From: Truepera sp.
GTDB lineage: Bacteria > Deinococcota > Deinococci > Deinococcales > Trueperaceae
Length of the DNA: 64,000 nucleotides
Reading direction: 5' to 3'
NCBI GenBank assembly: GCA_965218435.1
Contig: CBDCKW010000009.1
Coordinates: forward strand, 1,056,001-1,120,000
The translations under genes and the position numbers were made by a program. Shown here one piece after another: positions 19,371-30,216 of the stretch (position 1 is its first letter; every line of letters begins with the position of its first letter). Below the pieces are notes generated by a model, which searched no databases, was not told the origin of the DNA, and saw nothing but the letters and a program-made list of their open reading frames with translations.

Positions 19371-20888
19371 GTGAACAGAGTTTTAGCTGCGTTTGTTGCC
19401 GTTTTAGTCGGCGCTACCCCATTCTCTTTGGCGGCAGGACTTGCCGACCAAACTCAAGTGATGATTACCGACACGAATCAGAGTGCGTTGTTGGGCTGGG
19501 GTACGGTGACAAACGGTGAGATGACCCTCGAGTTTTCGGGTGCCGCCCCCGGTACGAAAATCGACTTTGTTTTCGCCCCGCCTCAGGGTGAGGGTGAGCT
19601 CATCCCACTTTCAGGAACGGTACAAGACGACGGTACGATCAAAGTTGACGACGGTGGCCGCAAAGTTGCGCTGGCGACTTGGCTGGCGTCTAGAAACGTT
19701 GTGTTATCTCAAACGCTGGCCGACAAGCTGCAACCTGGAGTCAACGATGACAATAAGCTCGAGCGGGTCCCAGAGGCTGAAGCGCCGCTCGTTACCCCGT
19801 CAACGCCCGATATCGGCGGCGAGTCGGGGGTAGAGAGTGCGCTGCCGCGAACTGCGCCGCCTACGCAATCTCAAACTCAACCTGAAGCCAACCAGGGTGC
19901 TAATCCTTCTACCTCGCCCAACGCCGCCTTACCGCCCGCAGGGGAAGGAGCGCCCCCTACCCCCGGAACTCCGGTACCTGAGAGTGCCGCCGGAACGGAG
20001 CCGACCTTAAATAGCGGTAACGCTGCTGACGGTTCCGCCGAAGATTCAGCGGGACAGAGTACCTCACCGGACACAACGAACCCTGACACGGGTCCCGGTA
20101 CCGCAGACCCTAACACCACAGACCCTAACACCACAGACCCTAACACCACAGACCCTAACACCACAGACCCTAACACCACAGACCCTAGCACCACAGACCC
20201 TAGCACCACAGACCCTAGCACCACAGACCCCGGCACCGGTAGCGGCGCAGACGATAGTACGGATAATGGTATCAACCCTGACGCGCCGCCTGCGGAACCG
20301 GATGAGAGCACCCAACCAGCGCCTCAAGACGGTTCTCAAAATGGCGGTGCGGCCGACAGTAGTGACAGCGGCGACAACAGTGGTGGTGACAACAGTAGCG
20401 GTAGCGGTGAAAACGCGGGCGAAACGCCGCCGACCGTGCCTGATGAGGGCAGCGCAGCTGATGATCCCGGTGCTAACGATCCCGGCGGTACCGTCCCCCC
20501 CAGTGCTGATGAGCCTAGTACCGGTGAGCCCAGTGCAAGCGAGCCCAGTACCGGAGAGCCAAATACTGAACCTGAAGTAGGACCTGCTGATCCCGGTTCA
20601 CCCCCTAGTGAACCGGATACGCCGGACAACAGTAATGATGGTGAAGTGTCTCCCCCGGACAATAGTGCTGCGGGAGACACAGGTTTAGCTGAGCCGGCAG
20701 CGCCTGAACCGGCAGCGCCCGAACCCACAGCGCCCACGACGCCCCCTACTGACGAGGGTGACAGCGGGGTTTCTGCAGGTGCGGGTAGCGCGACCGGTGA
20801 GGCGGACGGTTCTCAAACCGGGAATGACGGGACAGCTGATGCGGGTGCGACCGGTGAAGAAACGCCGCCTGCGCCTAACGGTCCTTGA
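19371..20888 (+). CDS. Secreted protein with a small N-terminal domain and a long acidic Pro/Thr/Ser/Gly low-complexity tail
   Basis: Signal peptide; TTDPN/TTDPS, EPS(T/A)G and EPAAP repeats. Confidence 0.75.
   Translation: MNRVLAAFVAVLVGATPFSLAAGLADQTQVMITDTNQSALLGWGTVTNGEMTLEFSGAAPGTKIDFVFAPPQGEGELIPLSGTVQDDGTIKVDDGGRKVALATWLASRNVVLSQTLADKLQPGVNDDNKLERVPEAEAPLVTPSTPDIGGESGVESALPRTAPPTQSQTQPEANQGANPSTSPNAALPPAGEGAPPTPGTPVPESAAGTEPTLNSGNAADGSAEDSAGQSTSPDTTNPDTGPGTADPNTTDPNTTDPNTTDPNTTDPNTTDPSTTDPSTTDPSTTDPGTGSGADDSTDNGINPDAPPAEPDESTQPAPQDGSQNGGAADSSDSGDNSGGDNSSGSGENAGETPPTVPDEGSAADDPGANDPGGTVPPSADEPSTGEPSASEPSTGEPNTEPEVGPADPGSPPSEPDTPDNSNDGEVSPPDNSAAGDTGLAEPAAPEPAAPEPTAPTTPPTDEGDSGVSAGAGSATGEADGSQTGNDGTADAGATGEETPPAPNGP
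20100..20236 (+). repeat. 15-bp coding tandem repeat (ACCACAGACCCTAAC/AGC), about 9 units
   Basis: Directly visible; encodes TTDPN/TTDPS. Confidence 0.95.
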
Positions 20889-20895
20889 GGAAACG

Positions 20896-21450
20896 ATGGG
20901 AGTCGAAAAGGTCAAGTTGGTTGCTCGAGCAGGTTTTGGTATCTGTCTCGTTTATCTGCTTTGCAGCTGCGGAACCGGAAGGTTGACGCCGCCCTTTTAC
21001 GCGCTGGCCGCGTCACCACCGGTCAAGGTCGCCGGGTTCAAGAGTGCCGGACTCAAGACCTCCGGGTCAACTGAAGAGCCGAGTGTGGCTTCGGCCGAGC
21101 GCGTTGACGAGCAGCGTCTGGTGACCTTTTTCTTTTCAGAGCGTGCTTGGGGCAGCCTTCCTTTTAGTGATGCGGAAAAACAACGTGTCATGGTCGAGGC
21201 GATGGTCACCGGCAAACCGGCGCATATCGAGGCTGAAGTCACCTACCTGCTAAGTGCGCCCGAGGCCCGGGTCCGGCGTTTCGTCGCCCTTTTTGAGGTG
21301 GACGGGAGCGTACGGCCACCGGTGCTGCATTCGGGTTACGAACTCGAGCTACTTGTTCCCCACAGTCGTAAAGCCCTAAGCGTCGAACTCGAGAACGGTG
21401 AAACCGGGATTGTCAACCGGGTCGAGGTCGAACCCGAGGGCTCGTTATGA
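20896..21450 (+). CDS. Putative lipoprotein
   Basis: GAGG RBS, LLCSC lipobox-like; lies between the secreted protein and the response regulator. Confidence 0.6.
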   Translation: MGVEKVKLVARAGFGICLVYLLCSCGTGRLTPPFYALAASPPVKVAGFKSAGLKTSGSTEEPSVASAERVDEQRLVTFFFSERAWGSLPFSDAEKQRVMVEAMVTGKPAHIEAEVTYLLSAPEARVRRFVALFEVDGSVRPPVLHSGYELELLVPHSRKALSVELENGETGIVNRVEVEPEGSL

Positions 21451-21468
21451 AGAGCGCCGTGAGGTCTG

Positions 21469-22131
21469 ATGAATAAAATTTTAGTTGTCGAAGACGATCT
21501 GCGTTTAGCTACGCTGCTTAAGCAGGAGTTGTCCCAGGAAGGGTACGCGGTCAAAGCGGTGCATAACGGCACCGACGCGCTGCTCCGCGCCGACGAAGAG
21601 GTGTTCGACCTGGTGATTTTAGACCTCAACTTACCCGATATGGACGGGCTTGAGGTTGCCACGCGGCTCCGGCACGACTCGGACGTAAGTATCTTGATGC
21701 TGACCGCGCGCGGCGACGTGAGCAGCCGGGTTGAGGGTCTTTACGCCGGGGCGAGCGACTACCTGACCAAACCCTTTAGCGTCCAGGAATTGCGGGCGCG
21801 GGTCCACGTGCGGCTACGTGACAAAGGCCAACCGGCGGAGGTCTTGGCGTACGGGGAGCTGGTCTTAGAGCCCGCCGCCGGTCACTGTACGGTCGCGGGG
21901 GCCGACTTGTCCTTGACCTCGCTCGAGTTTCGGTTGCTCGAGCTGTTTTTAACGCATAAAGGCCGGATATTTTCCAAAGAAGACTTAGAGGACCGGCTTT
22001 ACGGCGCGGCTAAGCTGCCGGGGTCAAATACCGTCGAGGTTTTCGTCTCCAACTTACGGCGCAAACTCGCCGCTGCCGGGGTTGACAAGATGATTCAAAC
22101 CGTTCGCGGGATGGGCTACGTCGTGCGCTGA
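21469..22131 (+). CDS. OmpR-family response regulator
   Basis: ILVVEDD, ILDLNLP, LTAR, DYLTKPF, winged helix ending TVRGMGY. Confidence 0.95.
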   Translation: MNKILVVEDDLRLATLLKQELSQEGYAVKAVHNGTDALLRADEEVFDLVILDLNLPDMDGLEVATRLRHDSDVSILMLTARGDVSSRVEGLYAGASDYLTKPFSVQELRARVHVRLRDKGQPAEVLAYGELVLEPAAGHCTVAGADLSLTSLEFRLLELFLTHKGRIFSKEDLEDRLYGAAKLPGSNTVEVFVSNLRRKLAAAGVDKMIQTVRGMGYVVR

Positions 22132-22324
22132 GAGATGAAAAGCAAGCAGTAAGCGGTAGGGTTCGTTAAAGGGCACAAAAGAAAAGAGGGTCTTGCACGA
22201 GGCTAAAACGTTATCAAGTGAGCCTGTCTCCGGCGAGCACAAGTGGCGCTGCACCGGGCTGCTTACCTGCCGGACTGACTCTGACGCTCATCTGTGCGGT
22301 AAAGATAATCGGTAGATTGACGTT

Positions 22325-23656
22325 ATGACGCTGCGCGCCCGCCTCGGTTTACTCGTGACGGCTGCACTGCTCGCGGGCCTGGTGCTGTTCGGGACGCTCG
22401 CCTACGCTTCTTTTGGGCGGCAGCAGCGGGTCCAGCTTAATGAGCTGCTACTCCGTGACCTCGCGCGGGTGCAGACGCTCGTGCAGGCAGGACCGCAGGC
22501 GATCGGCGCACAGTTTACCTCCAAGAGCGGCGACTTTATGTTACAGTTCGTCTCTACAGCGGACGTCGTTGCGATTCCGCTGGGGGCACAGGCGCTGCCG
22601 GAGAGTACTCGTCCACAACTTACGGAACGTAACGGGCGGACCCTGCTCTATGCCTCGAAACCCTGGTTCGTAACGCAAGCAGACGGGGAAGTCAACGAAC
22701 TGGGGACGCTGCGTCTTGCGCTCGACGTCACCGCCGATCTAAGACAGCGGCAGGCTCTCCTCCGCAGCCTGCTGGTCAGTGGCGGCATTATTGCTCTCGC
22801 GGTCAGCGTCATTAACTTGGTCTTGTTGCAACGCTCGCTCGCGCCGCTCGGCCGTCTGGCGGCGCAGGCGCGGCAGGTCAACCCGGCGTCCCCGGCGACG
22901 ATTCGCTACCAAGGCCCGCACGACGAGGTGGCTTACGTCGCGCAGGCGCTTAACCGGGCGCTCCGGGGCATTCGTAAACGGCAGCAGGCGGAGCGGGCGT
23001 CTTTAGCTGAGATCGCCCATGAACTCGCCGCGCCGCTGACGCTGGTCGCCGGACACTTGGAGTCACTGACCGCGCTGCGTCCGGGGGACGCGCAGCTCGG
23101 CGCGGCGCAGGGAGCGGCCAACGAACTGCTCTACACCTCTAAAGACCTGTTGACGCTGGCACGGGGCGAACTCGAGCGCCCCCTCGACTTAGCCGTCTTA
23201 GACCTTGGTAGCGTTGCTGAACGCATCGCGTACGAGTATCCGGGGGTGCAGTTAGGTACGCTCGAGCACGCCGAAGTTGCGGGCAGCCCCGAACGGCTCT
23301 CACAGCTGACGCGCAATTTAGTTCGTAACGGGGTGCAGGCGGCGGGCGCGGAAAAAGTCTCGCTGGCGGTGACCGCCTCGGGCACGGAGGTAAGTCTGTG
23401 CGTTGAAGACCGGGGGCCGGGAGTCCCGCCGGACGAACTCGGGCACCTTTTTGAACGCTTTTACACCCGCCGTAAACAGGGCGGTACCGGCTTGGGCTTA
23501 AGTGTCGCGCAGCAGATTGCTAAGCAGCACGGCGGCCGAATTTCGGTTGTGTCCGAAGTGGGCCGGGGAACTCGGTTTACGGTGAGTTTGCCGAGCTTAG
23601 GGGCACAACTCGGCGAAGAAGATGAAGTCGCGGGAACCGATGTGACGACGGTTTAG
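22325..23656 (+). CDS. HAMP-domain sensor histidine kinase
   Basis: Two TMs, AHELAAPL H-box, NLVRNG, DRGPG, GGTGLGL. Confidence 0.95.
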   Translation: MTLRARLGLLVTAALLAGLVLFGTLAYASFGRQQRVQLNELLLRDLARVQTLVQAGPQAIGAQFTSKSGDFMLQFVSTADVVAIPLGAQALPESTRPQLTERNGRTLLYASKPWFVTQADGEVNELGTLRLALDVTADLRQRQALLRSLLVSGGIIALAVSVINLVLLQRSLAPLGRLAAQARQVNPASPATIRYQGPHDEVAYVAQALNRALRGIRKRQQAERASLAEIAHELAAPLTLVAGHLESLTALRPGDAQLGAAQGAANELLYTSKDLLTLARGELERPLDLAVLDLGSVAERIAYEYPGVQLGTLEHAEVAGSPERLSQLTRNLVRNGVQAAGAEKVSLAVTASGTEVSLCVEDRGPGVPPDELGHLFERFYTRRKQGGTGLGLSVAQQIAKQHGGRISVVSEVGRGTRFTVSLPSLGAQLGEEDEVAGTDVTTV

Positions 23657-23804
23657 GTTTTGCTGGCTCTATAAACTCAGCTGGGGTGTTTACTGCGGCT
23701 CACAAGTAAGAATTGAGAAGACAGAATCTAGAAGGTGTTAGCTCAAAAAAGAGAATAGCGTTTCTCACGTATTCAAAGATAAAGACGATATAGGTAACGA
23801 CACT

Positions 23805-24821
23805 TCAGATCGGCGCTACTTCAAGGGACGTCCCGATCAGTTCCGAAAGCCGTGACAAACAGCGGTAGTGCTTTTTAGCGTAAGCTGACCCACGGTAGTC
23901 GGCGCTAAAGAGGTTCTCGAGCTCACCGTTTAACTCGTCCGCACCTGAAAGCTGCAAGCCTTTATTCAGTTCGTAAAGTTTATCAACAAAGTGAACAAAC
24001 CGCAGCGCGTCGTTCTGATTGGGTAGCGTCTTTGCGCCTCTGACGTAAAGCGTCCCGAACTGCGCCATCAGCGCGCCGTAACGAACCGGATGAACGTCTG
24101 TCAGTAAGCTGAGCAGCTCGGCCCAGGTGAGCAGTTCTTTAGGTTCCAGCGCCGCTTCGTGGTGATAGCGGGTCTCGAGTTCAGCGTCCGTTAGCAGTGA
24201 GGCCAGCCGGTCGCGGTGGCGGTAGTCGGGACCTTCTAACACCACCACGCTGAACCGCTCGGCCACACTCTGAATCTCGCGCTTAAAATCGTCGGCGTTA
24301 AACCGCCCCTGCCCCTGCGCCTCAGGCGGCGTGTTCGAGGTGGTCATGACCGAGCCGCCCTGAGCGAACACGTGCGCCAAAAAGCTCTTGACGATCAGCG
24401 TGTTACCGGGGTCATCGAGTTCAAACTCGTCAATACAAAAGAGCTGAATGTCCCCGAGTTCTTTTTTGGCCGCTGCGACGCCCTGAGCGCCGACGATGTA
24501 CACGAGGTCTTGAAACGACAGGTAGGCTTTTTTGGGTACGTTACACGCATGAAACGCCGCGGCCAACAGGTGCGTTTTGCCGACGCCGAAACCGCCGTCG
24601 AGGTACAGCCCGCGCCCCGTTGAGATGTCCTTTTTACCCCACGGCCAGCGCCGCGTGCTTTTCGCGGGCTGCGCCGCGTCCTTGACAAAGGCTTGTACCT
24701 TTGCCAGCGCGATCTCCTGAGTAGGGTGTTGTGGCCTAAAACTTGCAAAACTTGTCTCGCTGAAGCGGGGGGGCGGGATAAAAGCGGGGAAAGCTGCTTC
24801 AGAAGGGACGTGTAGCGGCAT
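23805..24821 (-). CDS. zapE: Cell division ATPase ZapE (AFG1 family)
   Basis: GLYLDGGFGVGKTHL, IDEFELDDPG, TTSNT, LRFVHFVDKLY, RCLSRL. Confidence 0.9.
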   Translation of the reverse strand: MPLHVPSEAAFPAFIPPPRFSETSFASFRPQHPTQEIALAKVQAFVKDAAQPAKSTRRWPWGKKDISTGRGLYLDGGFGVGKTHLLAAAFHACNVPKKAYLSFQDLVYIVGAQGVAAAKKELGDIQLFCIDEFELDDPGNTLIVKSFLAHVFAQGGSVMTTSNTPPEAQGQGRFNADDFKREIQSVAERFSVVVLEGPDYRHRDRLASLLTDAELETRYHHEAALEPKELLTWAELLSLLTDVHPVRYGALMAQFGTLYVRGAKTLPNQNDALRFVHFVDKLYELNKGLQLSGADELNGELENLFSADYRGSAYAKKHYRCLSRLSELIGTSLEVAPI

Positions 24822-24991
24822 CGGCCCTAGCTTATCACTCGGCCGCAACGTCTCAAGTTGAGCGTTACCGTCCTCGGTTAAAGGCAACCATCGGTTATTT
24901 ACAGTTTGGGCGACCGGCACGAAGTTTGTGCTTTAGCAGCAAGGGCTAAGGACAACGTTGCAGCTGTGTTTGGGGCGCTGCTAAGTGAGAG

Positions 24992-25672
24992 CTATGTGCT
25001 TTTAGGTACAGGCGCGGTTTCACCGACCGGCGGTGTGACGCCTTCGCTGCTGTGCTGGTAGTTCGATACGAGCGCCGCCACGAGGCCGCCTGCCAACGGC
25101 CCGACGAGGTAAAGCCATAAGTTGCTGTAATTACCTGCGCCCACCAGCGCCGAGTAGACAATAGGGCCGACACCTACCGCTGGATTAAACGCTCCGCCTG
25201 AGATGCTCCCACCGGCAAACGCGCCGACCACTACGGTAAACCCGATAGCTAGGCCGTAAAACGAGTTGCCAGCGGTCGCGACCGTGGTGGCGCTGTTACA
25301 GACAACCAGTGCGAGCGCAAAGGTAAACAAAAACTCGACCAAGAGTGCGCTACCTGTACTTACTCCAACTCCTGGCGCAGGTGCAAAGGCCGCTCCGGTA
25401 ATCGCTGCCACAGCGAAACTGGCGACGAACGCCCCGAGAAGCTGGCTAAGCCAGTAAGCAACCACGTCGCCCCACCCAAGTTTGCCGCGCACTGCGACCG
25501 CTAAGGTAACTGCCGGGTTATAGTGTCCGCCCGAGATATGGCCGCCCATATAGACCATGATCATCAGCGCCGAGCCAATCGCCAGCGGTGCAAACTGACT
25601 TTCGCCCACGACGACCAAACCAATGGTTAAAACTAAAAAAAACGTACCGATAAACTCTGTTAGATATTTCAT
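24992..25672 (-). CDS. Aquaporin (MIP family)
   Basis: ISGGHYNPAVT and GGAFNPAV NPA motifs. Confidence 0.95.
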   Translation of the reverse strand: MKYLTEFIGTFFLVLTIGLVVVGESQFAPLAIGSALMIMVYMGGHISGGHYNPAVTLAVAVRGKLGWGDVVAYWLSQLLGAFVASFAVAAITGAAFAPAPGVGVSTGSALLVEFLFTFALALVVCNSATTVATAGNSFYGLAIGFTVVVGAFAGGSISGGAFNPAVGVGPIVYSALVGAGNYSNLWLYLVGPLAGGLVAALVSNYQHSSEGVTPPVGETAPVPKST

Positions 25673-25875
25673 CTCAGCCCTTCCCGGCTTTTATAGCGTT
25701 TGCTGCGCCTTCTACACTACCGGGTGACGACGTTTGCCCGGTATGAGAAGTTTGACATTCTCAGTGCGGGCTTATAAAGGGGTAAAACGAAAACATTGTG
25801 GGAAGTTGGGCCTCGAGTCCAAACCTTAAAACCGCACAGGTATACTCAGGCGTGAAGACAGGTGTTGATTCGGCA

Positions 25876-27153
25876 ATGCGTGGTGAGCTAGCACAGTTGC
25901 CTACGACTTTCTCCTTTGAGACTCTTAAAGAGCGCGGCGCGGCGCGGCTGGGCCGCCTAAGTACGGCGCACGGGACGATAGACACGCCCGCGTTCGTCGC
26001 AGTGGGGACACAAGCCGCTGTTAAAACCCTGACCCCACAAGAAACCCAAGAGGTCGGGACACAGGTGATTTTTGCCAACACCTATCACCTGTACTTGCGC
26101 CCCGGCGCGGAACTCGTCGCAGAGGCTGGCGGTGTCCACCGCTTTATGGGCTGGGACAAACCCATCATGACCGATTCGGGCGGCTTTCAGGTATTTTCGC
26201 TGGGGGCAGGGCTCGAGCACGGCGTCGGCAAGGTCGCCAACATCTTCCCCGGTGAAGCGGGCGGCGTGTTGACCGGCAAACGCGCTGCCAGCTCGAAGCC
26301 CCTGATGACCGTGACCGAAGAAGAGGTGCGGTTCAAAAGCCACCTTGACGGCTCGGCGCACGTCTTTACCCCGGAAAAGTCCGTGCTGGTGCAGCGAGCA
26401 CTCGGCGCAGATATCATCTTAGCCTTCGACGAATGCACCAGCCCTTTGCATGATGAAGCGTACACCGCCAAAAGTGCCGCCCGGACGCACCGCTGGGCTG
26501 AACGCTCGCTCCGCGCGTTTCAGGAGAGCGAGCCGCAGCACGGCTTTGAACAGACGCTTTACGGCATTGTCCAGGGGGGCGCGTTCGAGGCAGTGCGTAA
26601 AGAGAGTGCGCGGGTCATCGCCGGGATGGATTTCGGCGGGCTGGCGATTGGCGGCAATCTGGGCAAAACCAAAGACGAGATGCGGAGCGTCCTCGAGTGG
26701 ACGACGCCGCTGTTGCCGCCGCAAAAACCGCGTCACCTCTTGGGTATCGGTGAAGTCGCGGACATCTTTGACGGCGTAGAGCGTGGCTGCGACACCTTTG
26801 ACTGCGTGGCCCCGACCCGGAACGCCCGGAACGGCGGTATCTTGGTACGGTTTGATGAGGGTAAATCTGCGCCCAAGTTTCGGCTTAATATCCGCAACGC
26901 TCGCTTTGCCAAAGACCCCAGGCCGCTCGAGGAAGGCTGCGACTGTTATACGTGCAAAACCTTTTCTCGCGGTTACTTGCGCCATCTTTTCAAAGCCGAA
27001 GAACCGCTCGGACAGCGGTTAGCGACAGTTCACAACCTGCGGTTTATGGCGCGGCTGATGGAGGAGATTCGGGCGAGTCTCGAGGCCGGAACGTTTGCGG
27101 AGTTGAAGCGGGAGTGGTTAGGGGCTGCTGACTATACCTTGACAGGTAATTGA
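25876..27153 (+). CDS. tgt: Queuine tRNA-ribosyltransferase
   Basis: ANTYHL, TDSGGFQ, FDEC, GIVQGG, FDCV.PTR, CDCYTC...HN zinc site; start approximate. Confidence 0.96.
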   Translation: MRGELAQLPTTFSFETLKERGAARLGRLSTAHGTIDTPAFVAVGTQAAVKTLTPQETQEVGTQVIFANTYHLYLRPGAELVAEAGGVHRFMGWDKPIMTDSGGFQVFSLGAGLEHGVGKVANIFPGEAGGVLTGKRAASSKPLMTVTEEEVRFKSHLDGSAHVFTPEKSVLVQRALGADIILAFDECTSPLHDEAYTAKSAARTHRWAERSLRAFQESEPQHGFEQTLYGIVQGGAFEAVRKESARVIAGMDFGGLAIGGNLGKTKDEMRSVLEWTTPLLPPQKPRHLLGIGEVADIFDGVERGCDTFDCVAPTRNARNGGILVRFDEGKSAPKFRLNIRNARFAKDPRPLEEGCDCYTCKTFSRGYLRHLFKAEEPLGQRLATVHNLRFMARLMEEIRASLEAGTFAELKREWLGAADYTLTGN

Positions 27154-27154
27154 G

Positions 27155-27931
27155 ATGCTTTTTGAAATGTTGGCTGGTTACACCCGAAAGCCTGTCGTTT
27201 TGGGACACTCAGGCGCAGAGGTCTTTCAGCTCGTTTCTCCAGGCAAGCCGACACTCTTCGTCAAACAAGGGACAACAGTGCATAGCAACCATTTGCGTGC
27301 TGAGGCGGCGCGGCTCAAATGGCTACAGGGCAAGTCGCTGGTGCCGGAGCTTATCTATTTGCATGAAGATGCGCACGGCACAGCGTTGGTCATGACCTCC
27401 GTTCCTGGTGTCAATCTGACGCATTTCAACGATTCTAGCCCGGAGGTCAAGCGGCGGATGACGGTAACGCTTGCTCGAGCCCTTAAACAGTTTCACGCTG
27501 TAGACGCACGCGGTTGCCCGTTTGACCATCGCGTCACAAAGGAGTTGGGGCGGCTGGAAATGCAGCTTTCAGAGCGTGAGGCGTCGGCGGGCGACAGCTC
27601 TAATTTAGAGGCTGCACGGGAAAAGCTCGAGGCACTCTATCAAATGCGACCCGAAGAAGACCTCGTTTTAACTCACGGGGACGCTTGCTTACCCAATGTT
27701 TTGGTTTTAGAAGGTGAGCTTTCGGGCTTTGTTGACCTCGGCGCTATGGGGCTCGGTGACCGCACCCGTGACCTCGAGCGTGCGTGCTGGAGCTTGGGCT
27801 ATAACTACAGCGAAGGGTATGACGACGTGTTCTTGGAAGCTTACGGCGTGACTGAGCTAGACCGAAAAAAACTGGACTTTTACCGAACGTTAGAGTCTTT
27901 TTCGTTTGAAGAAGATCGACCTTTTGTCTAA
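27155..27931 (+). CDS. Aminoglycoside 3'-phosphotransferase-like protein
   Basis: GHSGAEV, EAARLKWL, CPFD, LVLTHGDACLPN, GFVDLG..GLGDR..DL. Confidence 0.85.
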   Translation: MLFEMLAGYTRKPVVLGHSGAEVFQLVSPGKPTLFVKQGTTVHSNHLRAEAARLKWLQGKSLVPELIYLHEDAHGTALVMTSVPGVNLTHFNDSSPEVKRRMTVTLARALKQFHAVDARGCPFDHRVTKELGRLEMQLSEREASAGDSSNLEAAREKLEALYQMRPEEDLVLTHGDACLPNVLVLEGELSGFVDLGAMGLGDRTRDLERACWSLGYNYSEGYDDVFLEAYGVTELDRKKLDFYRTLESFSFEEDRPFV

Positions 27932-28190
27932 GACTGAGGTATCTGCCGTCTCGAAATGAGCGTGAGTAAAACTTATGCGTGCAAGCTTGCTGCTCTTTAC
28001 GTCAGCCTGACCGCCAGAATAGTGAAGCTGGTTTGGACTGGAGTTATAAACGTTGTCTCTGTCCTTATCGGGGTTGTTACCCTGATCATTGCGCTCGTCG
28101 GCTTGATTTCTAATGTCTTGCTAACAGCACGCTTCCAAAACTGTGCCCCCGCCGCTCTCACCCCTGCAACCCGCTCCGGTATAGTGGGAT

Positions 28191-29681
28191 GTGAAGAAGA
28201 AAATTATCATTATCGGTAGCGGCTTCGGCGCACTCGGGGCCGCCGCCCGTCTCCTTGCCGCCGGACACGACGTCACGGTCTTTGAAAAACGAGACAAGCT
28301 CGGGGGCCGCGCCTACGTTTACGAGTTGGACGGCTTTAAGTTCGACGGCGGCCCGACGATTGTCACCGCGCCGTTTATGTTTGACGACATCTTCGAGGCG
28401 GCGGGAAAACGCCGCGAAGACTATTTCGAGCTGGTCAAGTGCGACCCGTTTTACCGGATTTTTGACGCGGATGGGCGGCCCTTCGACTACAACGACGACG
28501 AGATGTTTACCTTAAGCGAGATTCAGCAGCGCAACCCGAAAGATAAAGAAGGGTATCTGCGTTTTATCCGCTCGACCAAGGCGATCTTTCAAAAAGGCTT
28601 TGTCGAACTTGCCGATAAGCCTTTTCTGAGCGTCTGGGATATGCTCAAGGTTGCGCCTGATTTGGTTCGCTTGCAGTCGTATAAGAGCGTGTACAAGTAC
28701 GCGTCAGGCTTTGTTGAAGACGAATTTTTACGTAAAGTGTTTTCGTTTCACCCGCTGCTCGTCGGCGGCAACCCGTTCGATACGACCTCGATCTACGCGA
28801 TGATTCACTACCTCGAGCGCGAGTGGGGCGTGTGGTACGCGATGGGCGGTACCGGCGCAATCGTCAAGGGCTTGGGGCGGCTCATCACCGAACTCGGCGG
28901 CGAAATCTACTTAAACGCTGAAGTAGACGAGATTGTCGTAGACAAAGGTGAGGGCGAACGGCGCGTCAAAGGCGTGCGGATGCAAGACGGGAGTGTGCGC
29001 ACCGCCGACGCCGTAGTTTCCAACGCGGACGTGGCCTACACCTACCGCAGCATGATCGCGCCCGAGCACCGCCGCAAATACACCGACAAAAAAATCGAAT
29101 CCATGAAATACGCGATGTCGCTATTCGTCATCTATTTCGGGACGAAAAAGCGTTATCTGGACACCAAACTCAAACACCACAACATCATCTTGGGTGAGCG
29201 GTATGAAGAGCTGCTCCAGGACATCTTTAACAAGCATCACGTCGCTGACGACTTTTCATTGTATCTGCACATGCCGACCTATACCGACCCGAGCATGGCC
29301 CCGGAAGGGTGCGAGTCGTTTTACGTGCTTTCGCCGGTACCACATCTGGGTTCGGGGACGGACTGGAAGGCCGCTGCAAAACCCTACCGCGACCTCATCA
29401 TGCAGTTTTTAGAAGATAACTACCTGCCCGATCTGCAAGAGAACATCGTCGTCGAGCACATGATTGACCCGCTGCATTTTCAAGATACGCTCAACTCGTA
29501 TCAAGGGTCGGCATTTAGCGTGCAGCCGCTTCTTACGCAGTCGGCGTGGTTTCGGCCGCACAACCGCAGTGAGGAGTTTGGCAACCTCTACTTTGTGGGT
29601 GCGGGGACGCATCCGGGAGCGGGGTTGCCGGGGGTATTGTCGAGTTCAAAAATTGTTGAGAACTTGATTGGGGCGGCTTAA
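28191..29681 (+). CDS. crtI: Phytoene desaturase
   Basis: [48 protein letters not shown]. Confidence 0.95.
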   Translation: MKKKIIIIGSGFGALGAAARLLAAGHDVTVFEKRDKLGGRAYVYELDGFKFDGGPTIVTAPFMFDDIFEAAGKRREDYFELVKCDPFYRIFDADGRPFDYNDDEMFTLSEIQQRNPKDKEGYLRFIRSTKAIFQKGFVELADKPFLSVWDMLKVAPDLVRLQSYKSVYKYASGFVEDEFLRKVFSFHPLLVGGNPFDTTSIYAMIHYLEREWGVWYAMGGTGAIVKGLGRLITELGGEIYLNAEVDEIVVDKGEGERRVKGVRMQDGSVRTADAVVSNADVAYTYRSMIAPEHRRKYTDKKIESMKYAMSLFVIYFGTKKRYLDTKLKHHNIILGERYEELLQDIFNKHHVADDFSLYLHMPTYTDPSMAPEGCESFYVLSPVPHLGSGTDWKAAAKPYRDLIMQFLEDNYLPDLQENIVVEHMIDPLHFQDTLNSYQGSAFSVQPLLTQSAWFRPHNRSEEFGNLYFVGAGTHPGAGLPGVLSSSKIVENLIGAA

Positions 29682-29880
29682 GTGTCGGTTTCAAATGAGC
29701 TTGGCGCGTAGTCCGACGAGCCGTTTGCAACCTGTTTGGGCGTAATCTCAATACCGATACGTCTTGGTAAACATAGTTCTGCTCGAGCTGCTGAACTCTA
29801 TTATTCCTACTTCTTCCGCCCGATTTGCCGCCGACGTCTCGAGCTGTCAAAACCTCAGCGGCACCCAGACTCAGCATTAC

Positions 29881-30216
29881 CTAAAACACCGCTTGCAGCG
29901 TCCAGAGCGCGGCCATCCCCGCTAACAGCGTCCAGATCACGCTTTTGGTCGCCCCCGCCACGACACCTGCCAAAAGTCCGGCGATAAGTTTTTCATTGCC
30001 GAGGGTGAGCGCGAGCCGCCCCTCTTGAAAAACGAGCGCCGGAACAACGATGGCTGAAAGCACCGCCGCCGGAACGAAGCGGAGCGCCCGCGCCACCGCT
30101 GGCGGCAGTCTAAAACAGCCTGAAAGTGTGATAAACGACGCGCGTAGCGCAAAGGTGATGACGCCCATCGCAAGCATCGTCAGCCAGAGCCCCCAACCGC
30201 TCAGTGTTTCGTTCAT
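29881..30216 (-). CDS. azlD: AzlD-domain branched-chain amino acid exporter small subunit
   Basis: TFALRASF, ALRFVPAAVLSAIV; overlaps azlC. Confidence 0.85.
   Translation of the reverse strand: MNETLSGWGLWLTMLAMGVITFALRASFITLSGCFRLPPAVARALRFVPAAVLSAIVVPALVFQEGRLALTLGNEKLIAGLLAGVVAGATKSVIWTLLAGMAALWTLQAVF

Noticed and set aside
20100..20236. Possible CRISPR array
   Set aside because: Contiguous 15-bp coding repeats without spacers; no cas genes in the window.
27956..28219. 87-aa hydrophobic ORF before crtI
   Set aside because: No recognisable motif or RBS and it overlaps the crtI start; cannot be supported.
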